Assembly (NCBI RefSeq): GCF_038025025.1
Contig: NW_027117339.1
Location: forward strand, 930,001-994,000
Source: Phyllosticta citribraziliensis
Taxonomy: Eukaryota
Reading direction: 5' to 3'
Length of the DNA: 64,000 bases
Position 1 is the first letter of the stretch, and the number at the start of each line of letters is the position of its first letter. The position numbers and the translations under genes are program-made. Below, in pieces: positions 13,701 through 27,774 of the stretch. The notes beneath the pieces were generated by a model, which made no database searches, had not been told where the DNA came from, and saw only the letters and a list, made by a program, of their open reading frames with translations.

Positions 13701-16246
13701 CGCATCACACAATACCCTCATCAAAGCTTGCCGTCCCGCACAACAGAGACACGACAACAAACGTGCGAGCGGCCAACTCAGCGCAGCGCAGCGCAGCGCG
13801 GACACTCCGCCATCCGCCAAGGAGAAACTCATCAAAGAGAGCGCGTGCGCAATTGCGCCAACGAGCACGTAACGACCTAACAGACAGACAGGCGGGGACC
13901 ACGAGGACATGATTTAGGTAAGAACAAGCCACGCGTGTTGCCTACCAAGTCCTGACGCCCGACTCTCGACCCCCCCCCCTCCCGCTTCTCCTTCCTCGTC
14001 TTCGTGTCGTTCATCTCCTGCAGCGAGCCTGCTTGTGATTACCACCGCTATCGGTGCTGGCGGGAGCATTTTGGCTGCCCGCATGGATGCGCACAGCTGG
14101 GCAGAGCTGGACCCTGTGATTGATGGATCGGGTAAGATAATCTAATCGTCCGGACTCCTCCATCCTACGGCCATTCTAATCATGTTTCCCCCCTCGGTCG
14201 CGGCTATGAGAGCTCCAGGTCTTGTCTCGTGCGCGGAAGCATTGCTGCTTTGGGCGGGTAGCAGGCAGGCAGATAGATAGAGTTGGGTTGGTGTTTGGAA
14301 CGGAGACGGGGGAACCTGCGAGCGCCCGAATGCATGGGGGGAAGCGCAGCCGCAGGGTGCAAATTGGCATCCATCTTCTGACTGTAGTTATTTTGAAGCC
14401 AGGACAAGCAGAGAGAGACGGTTCTTGGAGACGACGTGCAGATGTTGTTACTTCGTATCGACGCAAGGAAACAGCAGCGGTCCGTTTGGCAGACTCAATT
14501 TTGCGCTTCGCGATATGCACGTATTCCCGTTTCTGTCAATCAGTGCGTGTGGTAGAGATACGCATCGCCATCTGCATATCTCGACATCAAGCATCAAGGA
14601 GACGGTGAACGACAGGATGCTTCTCTACCACTTACGTTTAGCCTTCTTCCTGCCACTGCCGCCCAAATATGAGAGTTGTTGCGGGAACCAGCGGGATTCA
14701 AATTTGCAAACTTTCGATGCACCGTTCTTTGGTGACACCGTAAGTGGACGGCAGTGGCGGTAGGTTTCAAACGAGTGCGTCAAGCACGCGCGGTGGAACG
14801 AGCTTTTCGACGTGAGCAAAGCAAGCAGGTAGGTTTTAAGTTGCTGGGGCGAGTGAGGATACTATGCACAGCTGCCATCAACGTAAAAAGAGTGTAGAGT
14901 TGAATGCTGCAAGGTTTCCCAGATCCAGCGTTCGCCGGACATTGATCGAGTAAGCAACCAGCAGGCAGGAGGAGCCCACGAGATGGGAGGGTTTGCGCGA
15001 AGGACGTATCGGTGGGTACAGTACGCAGAGTCAAACTAGGTTCGACGGCCGCTCGCGTGAAATGCCTGCTCGGGAATCCAGACGCAAACAGGGGGCCCGA
15101 AAGGGGTAAGAAGGGTAGGGAGGCAGGGGGTACGCTCTGCCGTCTACGCCGTCTGCCGTCCTTACTAACGCGCAAGTCAGCAAATCTGCGACGCCGTCTG
15201 ACTTTTTGAGCGAAAGGAGGAAATGATAAGTAAACACAGTCAGTCGGCTGGGGATGCGTTACGACAGACAGGCTTTAAATGGAACAAAAAGGGCACAAGA
15301 CGGGGAATTATCGAGATCAGGAAGAGTCATGCCACACGAACGCACTCTCGCACCTTGCTTGATCATGCAGCTTCCAAACACTCCATGCCGAGTGCGCGGT
15401 TCTAACGAGCCATCAGGCGCGGGTGGCTGGAGCTACTTCCAGCCTTCTCGGATTTCGTTTGGGTGAACGACGCTGGGCGCGAGAAGCCGCGTAGACCAAT
15501 CATTGGCGCAATGGCTTGGAGAACAGGTCAACGAACGGCCTGGCGCTTTAATCTCCATTCAAAAAGCCATCTGCAACTCAACAGCAAACAGACTGCCGTG
15601 GGGCAATGCGGGGCAGAGAATAAGGAAAGAAGGGTTTGCGGCGTGGAGGTTTAGGCTCGAGGCGGCGGCAGATCAGTGCTGTACGTAAGAGTTCATGTCT
15701 CAGTGGCACAGTGGTCCTCATGAACCAGAGCAACCACGGACAAACCATACCCGATCTTGCAAGCACAATTCTCACGCTGCGCAATGATTTGTTAAGGTTG
15801 GATGCTTTGTTTCAAGTGGAACTTTTGTTACTCGATGCACTGTTGTATGGGCCGTTGGTTGCTGCGTTGTGGTATGCTTTCGGACGCGCAATCTAACGTA
15901 TCTCTGGCTCGTCAGGGTTCAATCCTGTTACTTTGTTCTTAGTCTGAGCTTCCCTGGTACCTCTATCTCCAAAGTGCAGTTCGCCACGGCGTTCTGATCT
16001 TCGGGGCGGTCCGGGAGCGGTTCCATCGTGGTTGGCGGTAGGGATTCTTTCCCAACATTTGAGAGGTGGTTGGTGGCTTCGGCAGGGGCCGAGTAAGTGG
16101 TTTTGGATAGAGTTGATCCCATGGAATGGAATCTTGGAATTTTATTTTGGAGTCGGCAAGCAATTCTTAGATATCTGATTGGATATCTTTTTTTTTCTCC
16201 GTCACCTTCCTCTACTCTCACTTCGATACTGCTTTTTGTAGCTCAA

Positions 16247-17466
16247 TCAACTTCCGCTGGCTTCGCGGTAGAAGGAGATGGCCTTTCCGGCCCCGGCAAC
16301 AGCAAACTTTTCTGATCCTTGTGTTTTGGGCAGCCACTTGACGGTCCAGAGTGCTTTGTCGGATTCCGAATGAGTGGCAACGCAGGTACGAGACTCAATA
16401 GACCAGACTTTGGCTTTGCCGTCAAACGAACTGGAAATGGCACCGAATGTCAGCCAGAACTCAAGGTTGGAAAATATCCGAATAAGGGAAATGGCAGTGA
16501 ATCAATCCAGCGACGTCGTCTGTTCTCAGGATACGGTACTCACCCGCTCAACAGATATTCGCCTGTTGCACTCCAATCCAAGCTCATGACCCAAGCACCG
16601 TGACCCGAGAGGATAGCAATTTGTTCGCCAGAAGAAACATCGTAAATGGCAATCGTTCTGGCATCTCCACCAGCAGCAAGCAGCTTGCAACCTGGCGAAA
16701 AGGATAACGTCCGGATAGGCTTGATGAGGCCAGGCAAGGAGTGCAAAAGTCTTCCCGTGTCATTGTTGAAGATGTACACGCTGCCATTCTCATGGCCAGA
16801 GGCCGTGAAGCGGCCGTCGAGGCTCTGGATTCGCCTGTCAGAATTTACCAGCTCGGCGAGAAGGATTGGACAGAGGACGTACCAGATGAACGCTCAAGCC
16901 GAAGCTACCCTTCGTTTCGTACTCCCTAATTTTCTCCTTGGACGAAGTATCCCACACGTTGATTCGACCATCGTGAGTCGTACTGGCCAGATATTTGCCA
17001 TCTTCGCTGAGGGAGATGGCCCAGACCTCGCCAGCCTTGTTGCCTTGCGATATTGAACCGTCCTCTTGCCAAGTTTCGTCCTCAGCGACGCCCCAGAGCT
17101 TGATCTCTCCACCGAAACCGACACTGGTAGCCTTTGAGCCATTTGCTGATGTTACGAGGTGATGGCATCCGAGCTTGTGCGCATCTTTAAGAGTCTGCGT
17201 GAGTGGGAACTCGGGGTTCGAGGTGGAAAAAACGCGGATGCTTGACGAGCCCGACGCGGAGAGCAGACTGGACTTGGTTGGCGCAATTGCGAAGATATCT
17301 GTTGGATGGGCTGCGTGATCGTCAGGATCTTCCAAGCGTAGACGTGGGCAACCTGGAGCAGCTACCGTCTTCAATGGTGTGGAGGGTCAGGTATTGTTTC
17401 GACTGCGCAAAGGTTAGGGTCCAAGAACTGCACGGCGTTCGAGGGATTCCGATGAGGCCGTACCAT
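16247..17466 (-). CDS. SKI8: WD40 protein Ski8/Rec14 (multi-exon)
   Basis: ATG at 17466 is followed directly by a GTACGG intron. Exons give SKQYLTLHTIED-AHPTDIFAIA..., WD repeats (GHGAWVMSLDWS) and the C-terminus FAVAGAGKAISFYREASGS*. Confidence 0.88.
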
Positions 17467-17932
17467 TTTCAACGTCTGACCACACTTGGAGCGATGTTGC
17501 GTTGGCTCAGGGGCAGCGCGACAATCGAGATGTTGGTGGGTGGTCGTGTAAGTCGCGGTGCGCGGGTGGACGCATTTGAGGCATGACGATGTCATAGCGG
17601 GGGGAAACTACCTAGCTATGTGCACATCAATTGCGGTGCACAGACTGATTTTTTGACATGCTCTCGCATTTTGGACCCTTCACATGGCTCAAACAGCTCG
17701 TTTCACGATTATCGGTCATATGGAAACGCCAAAAGATGGCTTGATCAAAATTTAATTGCTTCTCAAGAGCTGGTTTCTTTTGAACCTCTCAATATTCATA
17801 CAGATCCACAGAGGTATCCCAAAAACAGTCATGATGCCGTGAGCGCCTTCAATGCCTTGATCCCTTGAAATTTATACACATCGCAAGATGTCATCCTTCA
17901 GACTCGCCGTACCCTGCCTCCAGCGTCCAAGA

Positions 17933-18368
17933 TTATGCATCCCCGTCCTTGAGCCACTTTTGAATTGCTGTCGAGGGATTAGCCAAGTTTCCTGGTTTCA
18001 AATGGTCCGAACCAACATTTGACACAGTACGGGCAGAGTATGTGTGCCCTCTTTGGCCTACCACACGCAGGGCAGCTAACGATCTCGGTAACATCCTTGA
18101 GACCCTTGTTGGCATATTGCCTTATGCGCTTCTTCATGTGTGACGTCTTCTTCTTCGGGACGGCGCGCAGAATAGATCCCCAGATGTCCGAAAGTAGGCC
18201 AGAGATGGCCGATATGGCTGCGACTGCTGGAGCAGGTAGGCGGAGAGAAACTGGCAAGAGCGGCTGCTGCGTGCGGCGGAGGACTGGCGACAGCATGGCG
18301 GCCGGTGCGCCTAGCCTGGGGACGAGGGAGGCCATTGGGCCAGCGCCGAGGGAGCGGAGGGCGGCCAT
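17933..18368 (-). CDS. MRPL32: Mitochondrial ribosomal protein bL32m
   Basis: Presequence-like N-terminus, then AVPKKKTSHMKKR...CPACGRPKRAHILCPYC. One intron precedes the last exon (IQKWLKDGDA*). Confidence 0.9.
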
Positions 18369-18703
18369 GGTGTGCCAGCAAGTGGTGTATGGAAGTTGAT
18401 TGACGCTGGAGGTGTTGAGTGCTGCCGGTGGTCGACTGTTGGTTAGGTTAAAATGGCACCTTCCCCGTGCGGGACTGGCGGCTCCGCGCATCCCAGCGGC
18501 CCGAGCGAGCGCGACCGACCGCCCCCTTTCCCATTCTCCATCCTGCCCACGCTACCCACGACGCCCTTGACCCGCGCCTCTACTCTGCTCCCACTCTACA
18601 CGGTCCTCTCGACCCTCCAATCCCTCTTGATTTCTCCGTCGCTCGTTACTCTACACCTTTTCGCCTTCTCTGCGCCCTCTCCCGGACGCTCCACGTCGTC
18701 AAC

Positions 18704-19946
18704 ATGGCTGCCGCCCCTGCTACCGCTCAGGCCGCCACCGTCTTCCCCAAGAGCCATGTCGGTTTCGACAGCATCACCCAGCAGATTGAGAAGAAGCTGT
18801 TGAAGCGTGGCTTTCAGTTCAACGTCATCTGTGTCGGTATGTTGCACTCCATCCTGACCAGCCACCATGCGACACTGCGCATCGGCAGCTTCCGGGCCGC
18901 ATAGCTCACCAACCTCGATGACCCGACGCGACTGACAGCAGATGACTGTAGGACAAACTGGTCTGGGAAAGTCGACCCTGATCAACACCATCTTTGCCTC
19001 CCATCTCATGGACAGCAAGGGTCGTATGAACCCCGAGGAGCCTATTCGCAGCACCACTGAGATCCAAAGCGTCTCGCACGTTATCGAGGAAAACGGCGTT
19101 CGCCTGCGCCTCAACATTGTCGACACCCCTGGCTACGGCGACCTGATCAACAACGACCGCTGCTGGGACCCCATTGTCAAGTACATCAAGGACCAGCACT
19201 CTGCCTACCTGCGCAAGGAATTGACTGCGCAGCGTGAGGGCTACCTCCAGGACACCAGGATTCACTGCTGCCTCTTCTTTATCCAGCCTTCCGGCCACGG
19301 GCTCAAGCCCATTGACATTGTAGTCCTGAAGAAGCTCAGCGAATACGTCAACGTCGTGCCCGTCATCGCCAAGAGCGATGCCTTGACGCTCGAGGAGCGC
19401 GCCGAATTCAAGGCCAGAATCAAGGAGGAGTTTACCTTCCACAACCTGCGGATGTACCCCTACGACAATGTGGAGCACGACCCTGACGAGGTTGCTCTGA
19501 ATGCTAGAATCAAGGTAGGACAAGCTGGCCAATGTGCTATGAGACAAAGTTAACAAGGCGCAGGAGCAAATCCCGTTCGCCGTCGTCGGCTCTGAAAAGA
19601 ACATTGTTGTTGGAGGCCAGCAAGTCCGTGGCCGCCAGAACCGCTGGGGAGTCATCAATGGTGCGTTGACATCCAACTGACGCAAAGAGACCAAGACGCT
19701 AAAACAGGAACAGTCGAGGATGAGACCCACTGCGAATTCGTTGCGCTACGCAATTTCCTTACCCGCTCCCACCTGCAAGATTTGATCGAGACGACTTCCT
19801 TCATCCACTACGAATCCTTCCGCGCAAAGCAACTGCTGGCTCTCAGGGAGGGAGGTGGCTACAGCGGCGGCTCGAGGCCCATCTCTCCCTCTGCGGACCG
19901 CGAGCTGAGCAGGAGCTCGCAGAGGATGACGATGAACGGCTACTAG
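18704..19946 (+). CDS. CDC10: Septin, Cdc10/AspD class
   Basis: SHVGFDSITQQIEKKLLKRGFQFN, GQTGLGKST, DTPGYGD, AKSD and GRQNRWG motifs. No C-terminal coiled coil. Three introns. Confidence 0.93.
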
Positions 19947-20514
19947 AGGATGTTTGCCAAGGCATCGCTGGAATTCGTCGTCGACCAGGAGTAAAGATCA
20001 CAAGGATCGCCTCTGGATCCCTTCTTTGGGGATGGGAAAGCTAGAAGAGCATGATTGATACCAAACACGCAGGCCAGCCGGGCCGCTTTTGCTTTTTGAT
20101 TGTTTCCATTCGAAGCATCGGGGTGCACATGGGGACAGGAGGTGGTAATTCTCCGTTGTCGAGCATCACTTGACCTTTTTTTTTCTTTTTCCTTTCCTTC
20201 TTCTTTTCTATTTGCAGCGGTTTTGAAGTTTCCTCTACACTTTACTAGTAGTATTGTCTTGTTCTCTTTCAAAGCAGTGGTGCCAATCTTGTGGTAAAAA
20301 AGCAGCTGGGGCGTTCTTTCAGCTGTGGGTACGTAGTAATTGTCTCGAAAGTTGAGATCCACGTCTGGCGAGCCTTGTGGTAGACTGCCTCTCAAGTGCC
20401 TAGAGCAGTCCAATGAGACCAAATGAGCCGTGTCCGTCCAATGATGCCTACATGATGCGCTCCAGATTCTTGTGCTGTACAACCAGACAAACGTCAAGCT
20501 AGGCCGTTCTCCTC

Positions 20515-21116
20515 TCATGCCTCGCTCTGCGCCTCCGCCTCGCCAACGATCCAGTCCCTGACCTCCTTGTACGCCCTCTCCAAATCATCATTGACGACAA
20601 TCTTATCGTGAATGCCGCCGGTCCTCGCAAACTCCATCTCAACCTCGGCCTGCTTGAGCCTCTCCTGCAGCAGCTCCTCCGTCTCGGTGCCCCTCCCCCT
20701 CAGCCGCTTCTCCAGCTCGGCGATGCTCGGGGGGCTGAGGAAGAGGAAGCGCGGGCGGTGCGGCAGGCGCGGGTTGTTGGCGACCTGCTTGACGCCCTGC
20801 ATCTCGATGTCGAGGATGCAGACGCGGTCGGCGCGCGCCACGTCCTCGATGGCCGCCAGCGACGTGCCGTACAGGTTGCTGCCGTACTGCGCGTGCTCGA
20901 TGAAGGCGTCGTCGGCGACCATGGAGGCGAAGACGTCGCGCGTGGTGTAGTGGTAGTCGCGGCCGGGGACCTCGCCGGGGCGGGGCGCGCGCGTCGTGTC
21001 TGTGTGGTGTTCGAAGCATGCGTTAGCGTGGTGAAAGCTGGAGGAATGAAGGGAGGGATCGAGACAGGGAGAGTGCGCGCGTGAGTGTACGCAAGGGGTT
21101 TCGGAAAGAAGGGGAG

Positions 21117-21158
<42 letters not shown>

Positions 21159-21581
21159 GCAAGAAAAATTTGGGGGAGACGTACGCGACACGCTGAAGCC
21201 GAAGCGGTTGGGGAACTCGGCGAACAGCTTCTTGAGAATGGTGCTCTTGCCCGAGCCGCTGGGGCCCGAGATGACGATGAGCCGCGAGTCGACTTTGGCT
21301 TGCTCGTTCGCTGCTGCCATTGTGCTTGCGCTTCTGCTTCTCGTCGTCGCGACGCGGATGCCGGTGCTGCTGTGGCTGCTACGGAGTGTGCTCGACGCTG
21401 CCGGGGAGAAGAGGGACCGCGGGGAAGCGTGTGCGCTGCCTGTAAGGAATGCTGTGGTCGAGAACTTGTGCTGCTGGGAGTGGAACCGGTAGGGTCTGGT
21501 GGTGGCGGCGGTGGAAAAGAGGGAGAAACCAGCGCACGGAGAGGTCGCGAGGGAGGAGCAATTGGAGAGGGACCCGCGCAT
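20515..21581 (-). CDS. GUK1: Guanylate kinase (upstream ATG adds a presequence-like extension; second in-frame ATG near 21320)
   Basis: [45 protein letters not shown] and [11 protein letters not shown] motifs. Intron ~21000-21184. Confidence 0.92.
21117..21157. repeat. (GCCA)n microsatellite inside the GUK1 intron
   Basis: About 10 tandem copies, read directly. Confidence 0.93.
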
Positions 21582-22991
21582 TGACGGGCGGAGACGGTCT
21601 AGAGGGAGTGGAGAGTGGAGAGGAGAGGCCCGGGTGGGAGTTGAGTCGAGGTCGCGTGTTTGGCCCGAAGTCGTTGTGCTCTGCGGTGCGTTGGTCGGGT
21701 GTGTGCAGGGGTGTTGCTAGCGGTTGGCCATGACGGGGGACCCTGATCTTCGCCGACCTAAGGTAGTGACTGAAATCAATAGTCATGAGTATGACTGACG
21801 ATGTCGACACATTTTGAGAGAGCTTGACACAAGGTGGTCATTGACGGGGTTTGATGCGTCACTTCTATCTTAAACCATCTTGTCCCGTGTTTAGCTATAT
21901 GCAACAGTCACGCCGGGCTAAATGGTGTTTGAGTATGGCACTTTTTCTGCATATTTATCTTTCCGTTCTTCGCAGCCTAATTAAAATGACAAATGCCAAC
22001 GGCATAAATGAATCTTTTTTTTTTTTTTTTTTTCAAGGGCATCCAATGGTCATGGGCCAGTATGACAACTTAGCCTGAGCCATGTGTCAAAAGGCGGCCC
22101 GCAATGGGGTCAAGTTCCAACGTTCGATGAATGAAGTGTCTGATGCATGCCGTTTCTCCTTGTGGTTTGAGCGACTGGCTATTTCTTTTTCGGGAACACG
22201 GCCACGCTTCTTGCGGCTCATCCATTGATGCATATCTTTATCACACAGACAGTCTGTCGAGAGGAGCAGCAGCGGGTTTTGGATAGGGGAAGAGCGCAGA
22301 AAAAAAGAGGTGTGATGAAAGACTAAAATGGATGGTAGAAATTGAAGAAAAAGTGGTCAGCACAGAGCCAACATATATTCAAACAACCACTATATATTTA
22401 CAAAGAATGGAAGCAAAACGTGTGCAAGGTATTTGGTATCTCGGCAACAATACATGCAGTCGTGACGCAAGTAGCGAACCATTGCAAAGAAATGAACAAA
22501 ACAGGGTAGTAGGTAGATTTGACTTGGTACACATAAAAGACAACAACAACGGACAAGGTTGATGGCACAAGAGTGATATCTCCAATGGAATGGGGATCCA
22601 GCAGTAAAGAAACGAAGAAAAGGAGATAGAGAAAGAAAATGGAAATAAAAACTCCCCCGCTGATGAAGACTCCGACTTACTCCTCCACTCCTGCTGCTTT
22701 GACGGCCTGGTTGCTGCAATAATGCAAGCAAGCAAGCACGCAGGGGGACTGTTTATTCCCGACTATTTCCGCCCGGTCAAAATAAGACAACGACGACGAC
22801 AACGAAGAGCAAGGAACTTTTGGGGTTCGCTATACTTCCTCAAACTCTACAGCAACCTCTGCTTTGTACAATTCCAACTCCCATCTGCTCGCTCCGCCTT
22901 CATTTGTGAAAAACTGTCCCAACACAATGTTGCTCTTCTACCCGCTCAGAAAGAAGGAAATGCAAGGAGAAAAAAACTTGACATTTAGCAC

Positions 22992-25231
22992 TTAAAAGTC
23001 CTTGGATGGGCTCTTGCCGTTGCTGTATCCGAGATCCCATGACGGCTTGAGCTGCGACATCAAGTCATCCTGCGTCGTCACCATCTCCTTGGGAATGCGG
23101 CTGACACGGTATGCGCCATTGCGGACAGCGTGAAGCTTCGCTGCGGACATGCTGCTGCCACCGCTGTGGATTGACGCCGTATCACTGCCGCCCATGTCTG
23201 CGCCGCGCAAGCGCGGGGGAGGCGCAAAGTCGAGTGTAGTGAACGTTCCGGATTTGCGCAGTGCGTGGCTAGAGCGAACATTAGTCTTTGATCATGAACA
23301 AGAGCTGAGGTAAACCTACGGGCTAGGGATGACACCAATCTCATCGAATGAGGATGCGAGAGGTGTGAAGGGACGGACGCTGGGGGAGTATGGACGCTGT
23401 TCACCCAAGGGGCTCTGCGGACGGCGACCAGCGGCAAGGTCGCGCATCGAGGGCGGCGGCGCAAAGTCGATGGGGTTCATGAAAATGTGCGAATCGTCCT
23501 TCATGGCACCAGGAGTAGGCAGGGTCGACAGAGCCGCGGGAGGAGGAAGAGGCTTCTTGGGGGCCGGCATGTCGTTGCGGAAACCCATCGAAGTTGCCGA
23601 AGCTCCCATGCGCATTGAACCAGGAGTTCCGGGACGACTGCCACTCATGGAGCCGCCTGGCGGTCCATGACCGCGGAACCTGGGAGGAGCACGAGGAGGA
23701 GGCGTCATGGCACGACGAGTGACGGGTTCTGCGAATGGTGCACCGGCGACAACAAAGTGGCCCTTTTGGGGATCGAAGACAGTGCCCTCCATATACTCCT
23801 GGCCGTAGTCGTCGTGTGCGTCGGCAAAGCGACCCTGGGGTTCCGGCTTGGAATCGTCAAAGTACTCCTTGTAGAAAGACCTAATCCTGTTGGCGCGTTC
23901 TTCGGGGTTCTCAGTGCCATCTTCAGGTGCGGGAGGCAGTGGGCGCAAGCTGACAGAGAGCCTGCTGGCAGAGGCTCCAGGGGCTTGGACCATTAAGCTT
24001 TGACGAGGGTTCTTGACAGGAGCAGATTCTTCGACGTTGAAAGTCGGGAGAGCCGGGAGATGATTGCGGGGTGGCGAAGGGGGCGTGACCTTGAAGGGAT
24101 CCTCGTAGTCGCTGGACTTGCTGATGATGCTGTCTGTGTTGTGGACAGTAGCAGTGAAGGATTCCAATCTCAGGGGAGTAGGCTTGCGAGGGGGCGGGAC
24201 AGGAGGTGGAGATTTGGCCTCGACAGTGTTGTCCTCGGCGATCTGGGGCAGAGATGGTTCCTGGACAGAGGTACGCTTGGAATCAGTCGGACTACGGCGC
24301 TTCTGTTCGCCACCAAACAGGTCATCCTGAACGAGGTCCATGGGATCCTTGGCGTCGGAGGGAGTCAATGGCGACGGTGGCGGCCTGGAGTGGGTAGGCT
24401 CAGGGAACTGAATTTCGGGAATCTTGTTGTCGTCAGGCGATGAAGTGGCGGACCTCATGGTGTAATTCCTGGACATCCTTTGCGCATTCTTGAGAAGACC
24501 CATGCGGTCGGTTCCAACGCTGGACTTGCTGTAGGTGGACATGGCATCCATCTTGGCGTCTTCCTTGATGAAAGTAACCGGGCGGTAGGGATCGTAGCCG
24601 TCGATGGAGCGGGACATGGACTCGAGCGAGTTGCGAGAGCTTTGGAAGCCATTGGGCATCAGGTACGGGCCGCTGTTCATGTCCAGCGATAGACCTCTTC
24701 CTCCGCTGCGAATTTCCTTTTCAACATCGGCAGTCGACATTTCCGGGCCGCGCTTTGATTTTCCAGACGGGGCGCTAGGGGCATCCAGACCGAAATCGAG
24801 GGACTTGTGCTTGTCATTGAGGTCCTCCAGAGCCTGCTTCTTCACGTGTCTTCTGTGGAGGAAGACGAGGACGATGATGGCGATGGCAATGGGGATACTG
24901 GAAACGAATCAGCCACGATCTGGAGAGAAGACAATGGGGAGACGTACAGAGCGGCAAGGATGATGGCGGTACTGCTGTTGGTGGGCTTTTGGCATGTGTC
25001 TGCATCTTGGCTGGTGTGGCAGGAGGAGTCGGAGTCGCCAGAGCTGCCACCGGAAGCACGCCTTGTCAAGTCGATAGCCCTGGCAAAGAGGGACTTGGCC
25101 GTGGGCAGAGAGGCATTTTGAGCAGAGGGCGTCAGGGTGTTGTCGACGACAGCTTGGGCCGGGTGCATGTCTGCAGCGGCGAGGGCTCTGCGGGCATGGT
25201 GCAAGCTCGAGTGGGAGTGGTGCTGGAGCAT
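22992..25231 (-). CDS. Conserved fungal single-pass membrane protein with long Pro/Ser-rich tail, function unknown
   Basis: Splicing at ~24899-24946 joins AIILAAL to IPIAIAIIVLVFLHRRHVKK (TM plus basic stop-transfer). 509-aa exon with EERANRIRSFYKEYFDD and RRAMTPPPRAPPRF. Last exon ends SQLKPSWDLGY...KDF*. Confidence 0.8.
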
Positions 25232-27774
25232 GGTGCGGGCGCGGGCAAGCTTGTCATGCGATTACAGCTTCATCCAGGACGGACAGGCGGAGGAGACCAG
25301 GGATTAAGGATTAACAGCGTTCAGTCGTCAAGGAATTGAGGTCGTGGGGCGGGCTCCGGCTCCGGAGGGTGTGTGGACGGGATGTATGTACAACGGGGGG
25401 AGGGAGCAGGAGGCCGACGCGACAGGAGCGGAGCGGAGCTCGCAAATTAGAGGCTTGCGAAAAGAATGACTTGGGTAAGATCGTTGGAGAAAAAGAGCGA
25501 GCGAGCGAGCGAGCGACCAGAGTCTGGGGCAGAGGCCGGCAAAGAGTGAAGGGCGGCGCTCAGCAGAAGGGGAGACGGAGACGGGAGTTGGGTGGTGAGA
25601 AGAAGAGTGTCGAGCGACGCAGGTGCGAGGGCGAGGCGGTGGGGGGCCAATCACATTGGGCGCATGGTTGGATTCTGGAAATGCGCTGCCCTGCAGTGCG
25701 TGTGCGAGTGTGGTGTGTGCCTGTGCTCCGTCCATCAGATTTGGGCTTGCGGCGACGATGTTTCTGGCGCATGGTGTTCGGGAGTGAGCAATGCTGGATT
25801 GTCAGGGGCAGCCCGCCCGACCAGTGCAGCATGCCACATGCAGTTAGCCCCGCCAGGGCCCCAGGGGATGGGCTAGGTCCTCAGGTCAGCGGCAGCAGGA
25901 TCCATGTCTACATGCACATGTCCGTAGAGACAATTGTCTTCCTCATGTTTGTTGCTCTTGTTCGCACAAGTCCACAGTCAACTATGTATTCCATGGTTGC
26001 CTCTCGTCTCTGCACTCCGCTCCCCCATTCCTATCTCTCTCTGCATCCTCAATCTGCGAACCCCCGCCCGACGCCGCAGGGGCCGAGTGCACGTCCACGG
26101 TCCAATTTCATTTTGCGCCATCGACCGGCCGGCCACGACTTGTCTGCGGTCCGTCGCGTGTTGCCGCTCGCGGTGCGGTGCGGTGCTCTGAAACCTATTT
26201 GCATTGCATCTCCAGCCCAGCCGGCTTTGGGTGGTATTCCCGGCACTCCCTCTGCTTGCTTCCTTGGTTGCGGAGGCCCCTATCGCAGTCTCTCAAGATG
26301 GCTTCATTCCTCCAGGGGCCAGGGAGGACCCCAATGCAACAACACAAAGAATAAGCACTCGCCTTATCCGCACAAGCTCTCCTGGCACTGCAACCACCCG
26401 TTGTGGCTTGAGGAACCGCCCGCCCATGGCATGACGACTTTTCCTTAGCCGCTTCAGATGAATGAGGGTGGGGGCAAAGCACAACCACATCCAACCACGT
26501 CCACTCGGCACCTCGCCCGTTCGGGCCACGCCAATTGTTTCGGCAGCCCTCTCCAACGCTTCTTCGGCTGAGGCTGTCTATCGCTCGCCCGCCTCTGATG
26601 CTGCGGCGTGCCCCTTGGCAACGTTCCACTCGGCCATATCCATCACCTGACGTCCAACCTCGCCTCCGTCACGTCTTTCCCACTTCTTCTCTTCTCCGCA
26701 CCATGGATGCTTTCACCAGGCCAGCCGCCGAGCCCGGAGCTGCACAAAAGCCGACATACCAAGCGTTTCACGCCCACAACCACCAAGTCAACCCTCTCGG
26801 CGCCTGAATTTCCCAGCTCCCCACCCCCAAGGAAAAAATAAAAAGCCTGCCTATCAACTTCGTACTTCGTATTGTGGATATTGAGCAGAACACTGACAGA
26901 GCTGCGCATATTCTCGTCGCCGCGAGACGCCACCCAACGGCTCACCCGCTGTGGCTCTGCACGACACACACACATCCTGTCATTCTCTCTTTTGATTGAT
27001 TGACTGACTGATTGCCACCTTTCCCCAATCGCCCCTTGCATAGCCCTTCGGAATCGTGTAGCGATCCTCCTCTCCAGCTCGTGTCCACCACACTACACGC
27101 CCATCGACTCGTGTCGCACGGCAAATTCATCTCATTATTCGTGTCTGCCAATCAGATCGAGGCTCTTCAAATGCCATCATCTTTGACCAACGGACAAAAT
27201 GGCGCCGACTATCAAGCGCGCGCTCCAGTTGTCCACTTGTCTGTCGGTGTAAATATAAACATGCGTCGCGGGGATTATCCCTTTGCATCCTAGTCCGCTG
27301 GAGTGCAGGGTGTGCCTGAACTTCGCCTGCCGGCTTCTCTGCCTGCCTGATAAAACACCACGCCACAAGGTTCCCCACAATGGTGGTGCGTATGCACTTT
27401 GGCTTTTACGGCGATTCTCTGCGTCATGCAGAATTGTCTCAACATGGAGTCTTGGGGCTGGATATGTCAACTCGGAAGTGCTCAAAGAGTTGCTTACCGG
27501 TCGTGTCAAAGTCTGGAGTAGATGTGTGTCAACTGTGCTCAATGCATGATTTGAACAGCGCTGGACAAGAGGGCGCTTGGTCACTACATACCCAGAGATC
27601 ATCATTTTTTGTTTAGTCGCCTGTGCCTGACGACCGGGTCGCCAACAACCTACCATCCATCCTTCGTCCACGCTCTCTCGCCGACCACGCCCTCCAAAAC
27701 ACCACCGCCGCCACTACCAGCACTCACTCCAAGTCCAGACCTTGGATACTCGCACTCCTGCACTAGCCATCCGT

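Noticed and set aside
14083..14280. Possible spliced micro-gene (ATG...GTAAGA...CCAG)
   Set aside because: It yields only a ~36-aa featureless peptide, and the branch-to-acceptor spacing is atypical.
25336..26448. 370-aa + strand ORF
   Set aside because: Non-ATG start, no motifs, and it lies antisense across the promoter/leader of the TM-protein gene.
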